Below are positions 1-9,147 of a stretch of 64,000 bases of DNA, in pieces; within the stretch, counting starts at the first letter, position 1, and each line of letters begins with the position of its first letter. The stretch covers positions 192,001 through 256,000 of the IMG/VR virus record IMGVR_UViG_3300013121_000005, one strand, 5' to 3'. The notes beneath the pieces are model-generated. The model had not been told where the DNA came from, searched no databases, and was given only the letters and a program-made list of their open reading frames with translations. Made by a program: the position numbers and the translations under genes. This DNA comes from a virus (lineage: Duplodnaviria; Caudoviricetes).

Positions 1-76
1 CCTACCCCAACTCATCATCAAGTTGAAGTCCTAGAGACCCTGCAAGTCGACGAGGCTTGAGCACGGAGCAGTAGTC

Positions 77-511
77 ATGGATAAGATTTTCGATTCTTTT
101 GTGAATGCTCAAACCTTGATCCTGTGTCTTGCGATCTACCTGATGACGTTTGTCATCCGAAAAGTGGTCGAAGGGTTCTGGAAGGGGGCCAAAAGCAATC
201 GTCTTTGGCGAGAAGTATGGTTGCCCATTGGGCCGGTGGCTAACGGAGCCTTCATTGGTGTAGTTGCCAAAACGTTTGTTTGGCCAGACTTTGTGGGCAC
301 CTCACTTGCTGGGCGCATCATGTACGGTGCGATTTGTGGAGTGTTCTCTGCTCTCGTTTACGGGCGTGTACGTTCTTTCGTTCAGAGTGCCCCCTCTAAG
401 AAGAAGGGTGCCTCAGAACCTCCTTCTCCTTTGATGCCTTCGGATCCCCCTTCTCCTTTGATGCCTTCGGATCCCCCTTCCTCTGTAGATGAGAAGAACC
501 CGGAGGGTTGA
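77..511 (+). CDS. Membrane protein with ~3 TM segments, holin-like
   Basis: Three hydrophobic stretches followed by a charged, Pro-rich tail; small size; next to other membrane/exported ORFs. Confidence 0.5.
   Translation: MDKIFDSFVNAQTLILCLAIYLMTFVIRKVVEGFWKGAKSNRLWREVWLPIGPVANGAFIGVVAKTFVWPDFVGTSLAGRIMYGAICGVFSALVYGRVRSFVQSAPSKKKGASEPPSPLMPSDPPSPLMPSDPPSSVDEKNPEG
422..480 (+). repeat. 27-bp in-frame tandem duplication (PSPLMPSDP x2)
   Basis: ccttctcctttgatgccttcggatccc repeated twice plus a partial third copy. Confidence 0.9.
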
Positions 512-1053
512 GCGTGAGTACAGAGCCATCCCAATCTTTCTGGGCGCGTACATGGGCTTCGGCCAAGACCGTGTTTAATTGGGTTGGCTCGAAGATTCTT
601 GGCCCAGTCCTTGCGGTTCTCCTTGTCCTTGTGGCCGTTCTTCTAGTTTCAATGGGCTTTAAGGAACTCCAGATTGGAGGTCTCTTAGGTAAGCTCTTCG
701 GGAAGAAGGATGAGGGGAAGCGAGTCCTTGACGTGGCCAATTCGGTCGACCCTGATCGTGTTGGTCCGGATGGGAAGCTGATCCAACCTGAGCAACCAGA
801 CTCTACGGGGCAAACCCAAGCCGTTGTCGTTCCCATTCAAGAGCCAGGTCTGTTTTCGGACCCTAAAAAAGTAATCTATGTCCCCCCTGGTGAAACGAAA
901 CCCATAGAGGTAGTGCTTCCTGACGGGGTAACCAACAAGGATGTGGCTCAAGTTGTGGTGGTCAAACCAGACGTAGTAGTCGTGACCGTGAAGGACAACT
1001 CCGGGATCGACGCGAAAAAGGTGGACGACTTGCTCAAGAAGTATGGGCCATGA
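508..1053 (+). CDS. Single-TM membrane-anchored protein (possible lysis/spanin-associated)
   Basis: Hydrophobic segment GPVLAVLLVLVAVLLVSMG; start overlaps the stop of the holin-like gene. Confidence 0.45.
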   Translation: MSVSTEPSQSFWARTWASAKTVFNWVGSKILGPVLAVLLVLVAVLLVSMGFKELQIGGLLGKLFGKKDEGKRVLDVANSVDPDRVGPDGKLIQPEQPDSTGQTQAVVVPIQEPGLFSDPKKVIYVPPGETKPIEVVLPDGVTNKDVAQVVVVKPDVVVVTVKDNSGIDAKKVDDLLKKYGP

Positions 1054-1083
1054 GGCCATGAGGATTGAAGAAGGGGAAGTCCA

Positions 1084-1965
1084 ATGCCCATAACACCGAA
1101 GAAGGCCAGTCTTGTCGATCAATTCATCGCTGCCAAGGTGAAGGATCGGTACACAATGGCCAAGGAAGCTGATGTGAATGACTATTCTAGCTCACTCCGC
1201 CTACTGAAGGCAGCGGATGCAGAGATTGCTAGTTTACTTACATTGACTCACAAGTATGAGTCTGCTGCCAAGAAGGCTTTTGACGACTTTGAGGAGGCTG
1301 CTACTGAGACCCTCCCTAGGGAGCTGGAAAAGATTGGGGTCCCCTCCAAAAACCTTCAGCGTTACTTTACTCAGATAGCCAATCTGCTCCAAACAGTAAA
1401 AAAGGGGCACCCTCTTCGAGCCTTCAGCTTCAAGAGTGAGTCTCCTGTCGCTAAGGTCCAAAAGGTCCTAGCAACCATTGGTAAGGCGATCTTGAAGGAA
1501 AGTGGGGCGGGGGCAGCAATAGTCAAGCCTGCTTTGGCCACTCACATATTCCAGAAGAGCATTTCTTCTCCCCTTGGACGCCTTAAGGACATTTGTGCTG
1601 ATTGGTATGCAGCAGTCCTAGAGGCTTCGAGTATTATCGAGAAGAGCGTTACCAAGGGTTCCATTTCGGAGGAACCTCATCGGATTGGTTTCGGGGATGA
1701 CGCTGAGTTCGACAGGTATGCTAAAGCTCAGCGGGAATTCGCTGCGGAGGCGAAAGACTTGTCTGACTTGCTCCGACACTGCGCTATTGGGTTGCCGTTG
1801 GCATCTTCTGGATTTGAGGATTGTGAGGATGTTGGTCTTTGTCTCAAGACAATGGCGAAAACGAGTTCGGATTTGATCCAGACTCACCTGGATTTCGGAA
1901 AGCGGTGGGGAGATTACCGAGCGAAGCTCCAGGATAGACAAGAGGGGCAATCGTCTCTATTCTAA
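1084..1965 (+). CDS. Hypothetical helical protein of the tagged (putative virion-internal) class; ends in QSSLF
   Basis: N-terminal KKA...AAKVKDRY...KEA leader; 293-aa ORF with purine-rich RBS. Confidence 0.55.
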   Translation: MPITPKKASLVDQFIAAKVKDRYTMAKEADVNDYSSSLRLLKAADAEIASLLTLTHKYESAAKKAFDDFEEAATETLPRELEKIGVPSKNLQRYFTQIANLLQTVKKGHPLRAFSFKSESPVAKVQKVLATIGKAILKESGAGAAIVKPALATHIFQKSISSPLGRLKDICADWYAAVLEASSIIEKSVTKGSISEEPHRIGFGDDAEFDRYAKAQREFAAEAKDLSDLLRHCAIGLPLASSGFEDCEDVGLCLKTMAKTSSDLIQTHLDFGKRWGDYRAKLQDRQEGQSSLF

Positions 1966-1975
1966 GGGGACACTT

Positions 1976-2587
1976 ATGCTTTTCCGGGCTCTCCTTGTTT
2001 CACTTCTTACATTTGTACCTCCTTCTTTGCCTGCCTATGCGTGCGAGGGGGGTGCTAAGTGTATCCCCCCTGAGGACCTGGAGGTTTTCGTCAAGCTTCT
2101 GAGGGAAAAGAAGTGCCTTCAGGATGAAAAGCCGGTCTACCAGATCGATCCTATCGTGATCACCACGGATGTGGATGGTCGTGTGTACTACTCAGGCGCT
2201 ATGCCTAAACCGTACACAATCCAAATGCGGTGGTGTAACTATGATGTGCAGGCCCAGGGTATCTTAGATGTGCAAGTGGCTAAGCGAGTGCCCCCTGAGT
2301 GGGGGTTTCGCTTTCGCCTCAAATTTTACGGGGGCTTTCTCTTTACAGATGCCTTCGAGAAGTACAATGACAAGTATGACCCGAGCCGAGCTGTAGACGC
2401 GGGACTTCAAGCGGACTTCTTTCACTGGCGGTCTGTCAACTTCAACGTAGGGGCTGGATTTCGGTCCGCTCAGGTCAGTGTAGGGGTTGATCTGACCAAA
2501 AACTTTGGAGTGTTCGGAGGTTATGCCTTCTCTTTTTGGTCGCTTAGGCATAACCCTCAGGTGGGGCTGTACTTTTCTTTCTGGTAG
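1976..2587 (+). CDS. Exported protein with C-terminal beta-strand/OMP-like domain
   Basis: Signal peptide ending AYA-C; alternating amphipathic strands; terminal QVGLYFSFW resembles a beta-signal. Confidence 0.55.
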   Translation: MLFRALLVSLLTFVPPSLPAYACEGGAKCIPPEDLEVFVKLLREKKCLQDEKPVYQIDPIVITTDVDGRVYYSGAMPKPYTIQMRWCNYDVQAQGILDVQVAKRVPPEWGFRFRLKFYGGFLFTDAFEKYNDKYDPSRAVDAGLQADFFHWRSVNFNVGAGFRSAQVSVGVDLTKNFGVFGGYAFSFWSLRHNPQVGLYFSFW

Positions 2588-2609
2588 AGGTTGAAGGATT
2601 GGGGGGTCG

Positions 2610-2872
2610 TTCGTTGAGTAGTCAGAGCTTAGTTAGGTTTTGGACGGGCAGGCCATCCGCCAACCCCTAACTTCTAGGTCTTGGGGTGGCTTCCAAGCAC
2701 TAGAACCCTTGACTGGAGTAGCTACCAGTTGAGGACATCCGGGTGAGACCGGATAGTCCCGGGTATACCGCAGGGCCAGAAGGGTCCTGACGGGTGACCG
2801 GAAACAGACAAATGCTCCCGTGGCGGTGGGCCCAAAAGGGGCAGGATCGAGACCTGCCGGGAGCCTCTTTTT
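2610..2872 (+). ncRNA. Candidate highly structured non-coding RNA, family not recognised
   Basis: About 325-nt intergenic gap with a series of pairable stems (agttagg/cctaact, ttctag-cttgg/ccaag-ctagaa, actgg/ccagt, atccgg/ccggat, cagggcc/ggtcctg, gctcccg/cgggagc) followed by a T-run. Confidence 0.5.
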
Positions 2873-2893
2873 ATGTATGCGCGACCCCGCTTT

Positions 2894-2899
2894 GGTGTA
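2894..2899 (+). promoter_or_regulatory. GGTGTA upstream motif (putative phage promoter, class 1)
   Basis: 13 nt before ATG 2913; same hexamer lies 9-13 nt before 13 gene starts. Confidence 0.65.
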
Positions 2900-2912
2900 T
2901 AGTTTCCCCCTC

Positions 2913-5900
2913 ATGAGTGAGGATCGAGCCAAGCAAATCTACGAGCATCTTCTTAAGGTTCGGGCCTCGAAGACTCTAGAGTTGAAACCGACCCCGATGT
3001 TCCGCCAGGAGATCGTGGGCCTAGATGGGCAGCCTCAACCCTTCCGGCTTCGGTATTACCAGGCGCAGGGCATCTACCACCTGCTCCTAGTTAACCGGAT
3101 GGTTCTTGGTGACGGCACCGGTTTGGGCAAGTGTGAGGTTCGGGGTACGATGATCCTTTCTTCGGAAGGGCTTGTGCCGATCGAGTCCTTTGCGCCGACA
3201 TCCTTCGACACTGGCCGACCAGAAGAGGGCTTCTATGACCTTGATCGTGAGGTCTCCGTCTGGACAGGCCGACGAATGGCGCCGGTCTCTCGTTTCTACT
3301 GGAGTGGAAAGAAGCCGACGAACAAGCTCACGACTCGGAATGGTTACCAAATCGAGGGATCGCTTGTTCACCCCGTGCGTGTTCGTGATGAGCACGGAGA
3401 ACACTGGAAAGAACTTAGCACCGTCCGGGAAGGGGACTTCCTCTGTGTGGATCGGTCTGAAGCCCCTTTCCCAGAGCGTGAACCTGCGATCACATTCGAC
3501 ACCTCAACGCTGGCTGCAAATGCGAGGGCGTACCAGTACCCAACGTCCTTGACCCCGGAGTTGGCGACACTCCTTGGTTACATCGTCGCGGAGGGCCACG
3601 CCCGGAAGTATGGGGTTACCGTCACCCAGTTTCGTGACTTGAACCCAGAGCCGCATGATGAAATCCGCAGGCTATTTCAAGGCGTCTTCGGGTGGGAAGG
3701 TAATTTCAACGACCTTGACCATGACACAGCAATCAAGGTGTCGAGTATCGGCATCCGGGAATTCCTTCGAGCCGTGGGGATTGGAGACGAGCTTTCGCGC
3801 GGTAAGTGTGTGCCGGAAGTCATATTCCGTGGGACTCGTGAGTCCATTCGTGGGTTCCTGTCGGCTCTCATTGAAGCGGAGGGGTCTGTCGCAGAGGGTG
3901 GGGTTGAGTTCTCGTCAGCTTCAGCAACCCTCGCCCGACAAGTACAACTTCTTCTGCTTCGCTTTGGGGTGGTCTCTGCACTGTCAGAGAAGCGTATCAA
4001 GGGCAACGACCACATTTACTGGCGTCTAACCTTCTTCAGCGACTCCGCACGCATCTTTCATGATCAGATCGGATTCCGATCTGATCGGAAGACAGAGGCC
4101 CTTCGGAATAGTTTTTCGACTACTTCCAATCCGAACAAGGATCTTATCCCTCATGCGGCGGGCCCCGTGGGTGCCCTCAAGGCTCGGATCTTGGAAGCCA
4201 CCTCGCGTTCGGGGGCAAATGAGAACCGTAAGGGTTCAGGGATCAAGCAGTTCGGAGAGACTTTCCAGAGTACCTTGAAGCACATTTTGAATGGATATCG
4301 AAACCCGAGCTATGCGTGGCTTGGAAAGCTTCTAGAAGTTGCATATGCTGTTGGGGTTTCGGCGACGCCAGAATATGCAGCGGTTCTCGCTTTGACTGAA
4401 CGTCGTTTTTTCTACGACCCAGTGGTGAAGGTCGAGCGAGGCGAAGCCGAGGTGATGGACATCGAGGTCGACGATCCCGAGCATTGCTACATTGCGAATG
4501 GGCTTCTTAGCCACAACACTCTCCAGGCCATTGGGGCACTCTGCTACCTCTGGGAGCGTGACCCCGAGATCAAGCCGATCGTTGTATGCCCCAAGAGCGC
4601 CATTAGGCAGTGGGCATCCGAGGTCGAGAAATTCACTCACGGGGTTCAGACCTTTGTGGTCTCAGGGTCCCAGGAACAGCGAAAGGCCACCTACAAAACT
4701 TGGGCGTCGGCCCCTTCTGGGCCTAACGACCCCAAGTCGATCCTGATCGTCAACTACCACCTTCTCGTCCGGGACTGGGACCATGGGATTGTCAAGCACG
4801 CCCCACCCGAAGGCGCCAAGCATGGCACTCAACCAGTCGCAGGTCGAGGGCTTCTAGACGAACTAACTTTTCGGCTTCCCAAGGTCGTTACCATCTTCGA
4901 CGAGGCGACGGCCTTCAAGAACCCAAGCACGAAAACCCACCAGACGTGCCGGTTCCTCTCGGAGCGGTCGAAACGATGTTGGGGGCTCACGGCGACCCTC
5001 TTGAAAAACAGCCTCATCGAGGGGTTCGGCATCTACAAGGTCATCCGCCCCGAGACCTTCGGCTCCAAGACCGCCTTCCTGAACTCGTACTGCGTCACCG
5101 AGCTTCAGCGGGTGAAAGGTGGGGCCAAGGTGCCCATCATCGTCGGGTACCGGAACCTTTCCGACTTCCGGGCAACCATCGACAAGTTCTTCTATGGGCG
5201 GCCCAAGCACCTTGTGAGTGACGAGCTGCCAGCTCTTACCACAAGGGAGGTCCTTTGCGAGCTGACCCCAGCCGAGGATCGGAAGTACGCGGAAGCTCTC
5301 AACGGCATCCTGGAGGTTGGGAGTGGCGACCTGAAAGACTACCGTGAGACAAAAGAGCTAACGAGTCTTATCTACTGTCAGGAGGTCGTCGATTCGATAG
5401 CCCTTCTTGGATTTGACGAAGAAGGTCTTGAGGGCTCTTTTTCCGGCAAGAGCGCAAAAGAGCAGGCTCTTTTGGATTTGGTCTCGGAAGAATTCGCGGA
5501 TGAAAAGGTTATCGTATACACTCGATTTGAGAAGCTCGTAACTAGACTGCAAAAGCTGCTAGCGGCGGAGCGTATCAAGAGCGTGCGCATCACGGGTAAG
5601 GAAAAAGACCACGAACGAAAGAAGAATCAGGACGCCTTCCAGAATCTCGAAAGCAATGTCAAGGTGGTATTCATCACGGACGCTGGATCAGAGGCTATTA
5701 ACCTCCAAGCGGCAGTGGGGATGATCTTCTTTGATTCGCCATGGTCTTGGGGGCATTACGTTCAACTCATTGGGCGTATGATTCGGATTGGGTCGCCTCA
5801 TCAAAATGTACTCGCTGTCCATCTTATTGCGGAGCGCCCAAACAAGGATAGCTCCAAACGAGAGACCATTGACCATAAGGTCATCAAGAAGCTTCGGAAG

Positions 5901-6020
5901 AAAAAGGGGCTCATTGACCAGGTTATCGGGGAAGCAGCCGTTGGGGCTCTCAAGTTTGAGCGGTCTGAAAGTGACCTTCGGGATCTCTTCACGTCCTTGC
6001 GCGAGGACGTGAAGAAGTAA
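2913..6020 (+). CDS. SNF2-family (SF2) helicase/ATPase with an intein
   Basis: LRYYQ Q-motif, GDGTGLGK/T Walker A split by the intein, IFDEAT motif II, LTAT motif III, AGSEAINLQ and QLIGRMIRIG C-terminal motifs; start placed at ATG 2913. Confidence 0.9.
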   Translation: MSEDRAKQIYEHLLKVRASKTLELKPTPMFRQEIVGLDGQPQPFRLRYYQAQGIYHLLLVNRMVLGDGTGLGKCEVRGTMILSSEGLVPIESFAPTSFDTGRPEEGFYDLDREVSVWTGRRMAPVSRFYWSGKKPTNKLTTRNGYQIEGSLVHPVRVRDEHGEHWKELSTVREGDFLCVDRSEAPFPEREPAITFDTSTLAANARAYQYPTSLTPELATLLGYIVAEGHARKYGVTVTQFRDLNPEPHDEIRRLFQGVFGWEGNFNDLDHDTAIKVSSIGIREFLRAVGIGDELSRGKCVPEVIFRGTRESIRGFLSALIEAEGSVAEGGVEFSSASATLARQVQLLLLRFGVVSALSEKRIKGNDHIYWRLTFFSDSARIFHDQIGFRSDRKTEALRNSFSTTSNPNKDLIPHAAGPVGALKARILEATSRSGANENRKGSGIKQFGETFQSTLKHILNGYRNPSYAWLGKLLEVAYAVGVSATPEYAAVLALTERRFFYDPVVKVERGEAEVMDIEVDDPEHCYIANGLLSHNTLQAIGALCYLWERDPEIKPIVVCPKSAIRQWASEVEKFTHGVQTFVVSGSQEQRKATYKTWASAPSGPNDPKSILIVNYHLLVRDWDHGIVKHAPPEGAKHGTQPVAGRGLLDELTFRLPKVVTIFDEATAFKNPSTKTHQTCRFLSERSKRCWGLTATLLKNSLIEGFGIYKVIRPETFGSKTAFLNSYCVTELQRVKGGAKVPIIVGYRNLSDFRATIDKFFYGRPKHLVSDELPALTTREVLCELTPAEDRKYAEALNGILEVGSGDLKDYRETKELTSLIYCQEVVDSIALLGFDEEGLEGSFSGKSAKEQALLDLVSEEFADEKVIVYTRFEKLVTRLQKLLAAERIKSVRITGKEKDHERKKNQDAFQNLESNVKVVFITDAGSEAINLQAAVGMIFFDSPWSWGHYVQLIGRMIRIGSPHQNVLAVHLIAERPNKDSSKRETIDHKVIKKLRKKKGLIDQVIGEAAVGALKFERSESDLRDLFTSLREDVKK
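3132..4517 (+). mobile_element. Intein (462 aa) with LAGLIDADG homing endonuclease in the SNF2 Walker A
   Basis: Starts with Cys (CEVRGT), ends SHN followed by Thr; LLGYIVAEG and FLSALIEAEG motifs. Confidence 0.93.
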
Positions 6021-6086
6021 GCCCCCGTAAGTCTTCGGTCTTCTTCTGAGGGGGTAGTAGTTAGTCTGGGTCGGGTTAGGCCCCCT

Positions 6087-6092
6087 GGTGTA
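6087..6092 (+). promoter_or_regulatory. GGTGTA motif heading the replication operon
   Basis: Intergenic, 17 nt before ATG 6110. Confidence 0.55.
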
Positions 6093-6109
6093 TATTGGTC
6101 TCTCCTACT

Positions 6110-7009
6110 ATGCAGCAAGCAGAGAACCAACCTCCTTGCCCCAACTGCTCAAAGTGTGGTGGCTCTGGGTTCACCATGAAGGACGATACGACCCAGATAG
6201 AGTGTGAGAATCTCTTCTGGCGTCGAGTTGGACTCAAGCTTGGAGTGGAGATCGCAACGGCACGCCCGCTATCTGGCACGCCTCTTTTTGATTCCTCTGT
6301 AGATCCCCCTGTCGACAGAACTCAGCGAAATGTCTTTCTTCATGGGCATTGGGATGACCTCTTGGCACACCTCAAATGTGCCTTCATCCGTAAATACCAC
6401 ATGACAGGTAGGGTTGAGGCGTTTTCCTTTCAGATCGTCACGGATGAACGTCTGAAAAACGTATACCTGTCCAATGAAGCTTACTCCACAAAGCAGCGGA
6501 AGAAGAGAGATGAAGGGGAGACCTTCAACGCCCTTTCAGACCTCATCGGGAATTTTTACCAGCTAGTGGTCATTCGGCTTGGCTTTCTTGGATACAAGAA
6601 TGTGGCTATGCCGGGGATCCTCAAGGAAGCTCTTCTCCTTCGCCAAGGGATGAACTTACCCGTATGGTTGGTGGAAGAACCTGAAAGCCCATTTGGGCCT
6701 GGGCATTTCTCGTGGAGTTTGGAGGTTAATGAGTACGTGGGTAGACGTTTTGAAAACCTAGACTTGACTCAACCCCGAGATTCTTCCTCTCAGCCCCAAT
6801 ACCGAGGGGTAGAAGGGGCTTCGCCTTTTCAGAATGAACCTGGAATGGCCCTAGATTCGGAAGAGATTCTCCCTTCTAAGCCTTCCCCTAAGCCTAAGTC
6901 TCCTCCCCCCTCTGAAGCTGAAGCTGTTGTGTTCGACAACGACCCAATCCTTATGGGCAATGGGAAGAAGAACTACAAGAAGGGTTCACGTCGAGGGGGT
7001 AGTGAATGA
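6110..7009 (+). CDS. Zn-finger protein upstream of the helicase; possible degenerate helicase loader
   Basis: CPNCSKCGGSG...C N-terminus; translationally coupled to the DnaB-like gene; no intact Walker A. Confidence 0.4.
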   Translation: MQQAENQPPCPNCSKCGGSGFTMKDDTTQIECENLFWRRVGLKLGVEIATARPLSGTPLFDSSVDPPVDRTQRNVFLHGHWDDLLAHLKCAFIRKYHMTGRVEAFSFQIVTDERLKNVYLSNEAYSTKQRKKRDEGETFNALSDLIGNFYQLVVIRLGFLGYKNVAMPGILKEALLLRQGMNLPVWLVEEPESPFGPGHFSWSLEVNEYVGRRFENLDLTQPRDSSSQPQYRGVEGASPFQNEPGMALDSEEILPSKPSPKPKSPPPSEAEAVVFDNDPILMGNGKKNYKKGSRRGGSE

Positions 7010-8469
7010 AGGGCCTTCTTCGTAGCGTAATCGACATCAATGATGGGATCTCTCAAGAGAACCTCATTGCCAACTTCCAAAAGCTCATGGCGTCCCGAAT
7101 TGAGTGGGCGCAACCGGCTGACCAAAGGATCTACAATTACATCCTTGCTTACTTCCAGCAGCGGTTAGAAATCCCAGCCCGGCAGACTCTTGTAGATTAC
7201 TTTGAGGCCAAACGGGATCAGGAGGTAATCGAGAGAATCAAGGACCTTGATGGGGTCCAAGCGTACCTACGGACGAATTACGCTCATCTTCTCTCAGTTA
7301 CGATAGAGGAGCAGAACAAGGTCAAGGCTATTACTCTCCTAAAGGAAGCTCAGGAGATCATTGCCAGGGGTCTGGTTTTCGATAAGGAAAAGAAACAAGG
7401 GCTTCGGGACGGAATCCTCCACTTTACCCAACAAGCTCATAGGCTTATCACCCCAGAGCATAGCTCTCGTATTCAAGGTAACATCCGTGAAGATGGCCAA
7501 GAAGTCTGGGATTCCTATGCGGAGGCTAAAGCTAACAAGGGTCTTGCTTGGGGTAAGTTTTGCGGCCTTAACGAAATCGATAGGGTCGTCAGGGGCATCA
7601 AAAAAGGGGAGCTTTGGCTTCACGCAGCCTACACGGGCGAGCTGAAGACCACGTTCGCTCTCAACTGGGCTTACAACCTCGTCACACGCTACCGGTCGAA
7701 TGTCTACTACGTCACCCTGGAGATGCCATACGAGCAGGTCCGGGCGATGATCTACGCCATGCATTCGTCGAACCCTCGTTTCCAAGTAATGGGGTTTCAA
7801 GCTCTTGACTATGAGAAAATCAAGTCAGGCACGCTTACTAAGGAAGAAGAGACCTTCTACCAGCTTGTTATCGACGACTTCGCCAACAACGACGAGTATG
7901 GGTCGTTTGATGTTTGGGGCCCAGATGATGATGTAACGACTGACGACATCAAAATGCAAGCTGAGCTGGCCCACCAGAAAAGTGAAGTGGACCTTTTGGT
8001 CATCGACCACGGTGGCCTAGTCGAGCCTCGACGCAAGAAGCGCTCGAAGGACTACGTGATCGAGTTGAACTCGGTCCTTCGCGATTCAAAGAAGATAGCT
8101 CTGCACTTCAACCGGGGGCAGAAGGTGCCTGTCCTTTTGCTTTTCCAGATCAACCGTGATGGGAAAGATGCTGCGGATAAAGCTGAAGGTCGGTATAAGC
8201 TCCGGGCCTTGTCCTACGCAAACGAGGCTGAACGTTCTGCGGATATGGTCACGACAACCTACTTGAATGATGAGCACAGAAACGCAGGGACTACCTTCTT
8301 TGACTGCTTGAAACGTCGAGACGGACCTAGGTTTGACCCCTTCATTGCTGGAGTTAACTGGACTTGCCGTCGCATTTACAACCGAGAACGGTTTACTGCG
8401 GATAGGGGGATGAGCCTTGATACAGAGCGGGATATCTCCAACACCATTTCGGGGATGTTCTCGATATGA
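7006..8469 (+). CDS. dnaB: DnaB-like (SF4) replicative helicase
   Basis: GIKKGELWLHAAYTGELKT Walker A, TLEM, LLVIDH, LLFQINR, ERSADMV, KRRDGP motifs. Confidence 0.85.
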   Translation: MKGLLRSVIDINDGISQENLIANFQKLMASRIEWAQPADQRIYNYILAYFQQRLEIPARQTLVDYFEAKRDQEVIERIKDLDGVQAYLRTNYAHLLSVTIEEQNKVKAITLLKEAQEIIARGLVFDKEKKQGLRDGILHFTQQAHRLITPEHSSRIQGNIREDGQEVWDSYAEAKANKGLAWGKFCGLNEIDRVVRGIKKGELWLHAAYTGELKTTFALNWAYNLVTRYRSNVYYVTLEMPYEQVRAMIYAMHSSNPRFQVMGFQALDYEKIKSGTLTKEEETFYQLVIDDFANNDEYGSFDVWGPDDDVTTDDIKMQAELAHQKSEVDLLVIDHGGLVEPRRKKRSKDYVIELNSVLRDSKKIALHFNRGQKVPVLLLFQINRDGKDAADKAEGRYKLRALSYANEAERSADMVTTTYLNDEHRNAGTTFFDCLKRRDGPRFDPFIAGVNWTCRRIYNRERFTADRGMSLDTERDISNTISGMFSI

Positions 8470-8499
8470 GCATGTACCCACTCGCTTTGACCGGTTGGG

Positions 8500-9147
8500 A
8501 TGATGACAACACCTCGAAATAGCTTCCGAGAAGCTCTTCAAGAAGCTCAACAAAATGAGGTCTACAAGGAATGGGTCCGACAAAGAGCTGACACGCTTCG
8601 GAGCCGAGTAACAGTTTACGATGTGCTTCGGCATTTTGGCGTCCCCTTGAAGTATGCAGGGGACTCGAATGAGGAGCAAATATCCTGCCCTTTCCATGGG
8701 CAGGATGCTTCTCCCTCAGCCCGAGTTTATCCGGAGAGTGCGCGCTCTGCGAGTCACGTTTGGTGTTTCGTGTGTCAGGAACGCTGGGACATCTTCTCGT
8801 TGTGGAAGAAGTTTCAAGCTCAAGACGATCTGCGTTTTACTCAGGTTCTCTTTGGACTAGAGAGGGCGTTTGGCATCCTCACGCCAGAGGCCCCAGAGAT
8901 GAGTCGGGAGGTCAAGTCAAGAGGCCCGACCGAAGAGGAGCAGGAGGTGCTTCAGCTTCTAGAGGTTTGCGAGCGGCGTCTGCGCCAGGCTAAGCCCTTC
9001 TGTGAAATGGTAAGCTTTTTAAGGATGAGTCAAGTTCTTGACGCCTTGCATTACAAGGTCTCAACAAGAGACCTTGCACCAGCTACCGCTAAAGGGGTGT
9101 CCAAAGCCCTTCTTGACAAGATAGGAGAGAAAATTCGCAGTGCCTAG
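8500..9147 (+). CDS. Stand-alone CHC2 primase-type zinc-finger protein
   Basis: CPFH...PSARV...WCFVC...DIF motif with no TOPRIM domain following. Confidence 0.75.
   Translation: MMTTPRNSFREALQEAQQNEVYKEWVRQRADTLRSRVTVYDVLRHFGVPLKYAGDSNEEQISCPFHGQDASPSARVYPESARSASHVWCFVCQERWDIFSLWKKFQAQDDLRFTQVLFGLERAFGILTPEAPEMSREVKSRGPTEEEQEVLQLLEVCERRLRQAKPFCEMVSFLRMSQVLDALHYKVSTRDLAPATAKGVSKALLDKIGEKIRSA

Noticed and set aside
422-480. Tandem repeats as a CRISPR array
   Set aside because: There are only two or three adjacent copies with no spacers, all in-frame within CDSs, and no cas genes.
2730-2820. RNase P RNA or SRP RNA
   Set aside because: Only fragments resemble the conserved regions; there is no GAGGAAAGUCC paired with a 3' CGGCUUA, and no complete SRP AGCAG motif.
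2894-2899. GGTGTA as an alternative Shine-Dalgarno sequence
   Set aside because: The GGTG core is 11-15 nt from the start, too far for an SD. Copies also occur upstream of separate canonical SDs and at unit starts rather than at internal coupled genes.
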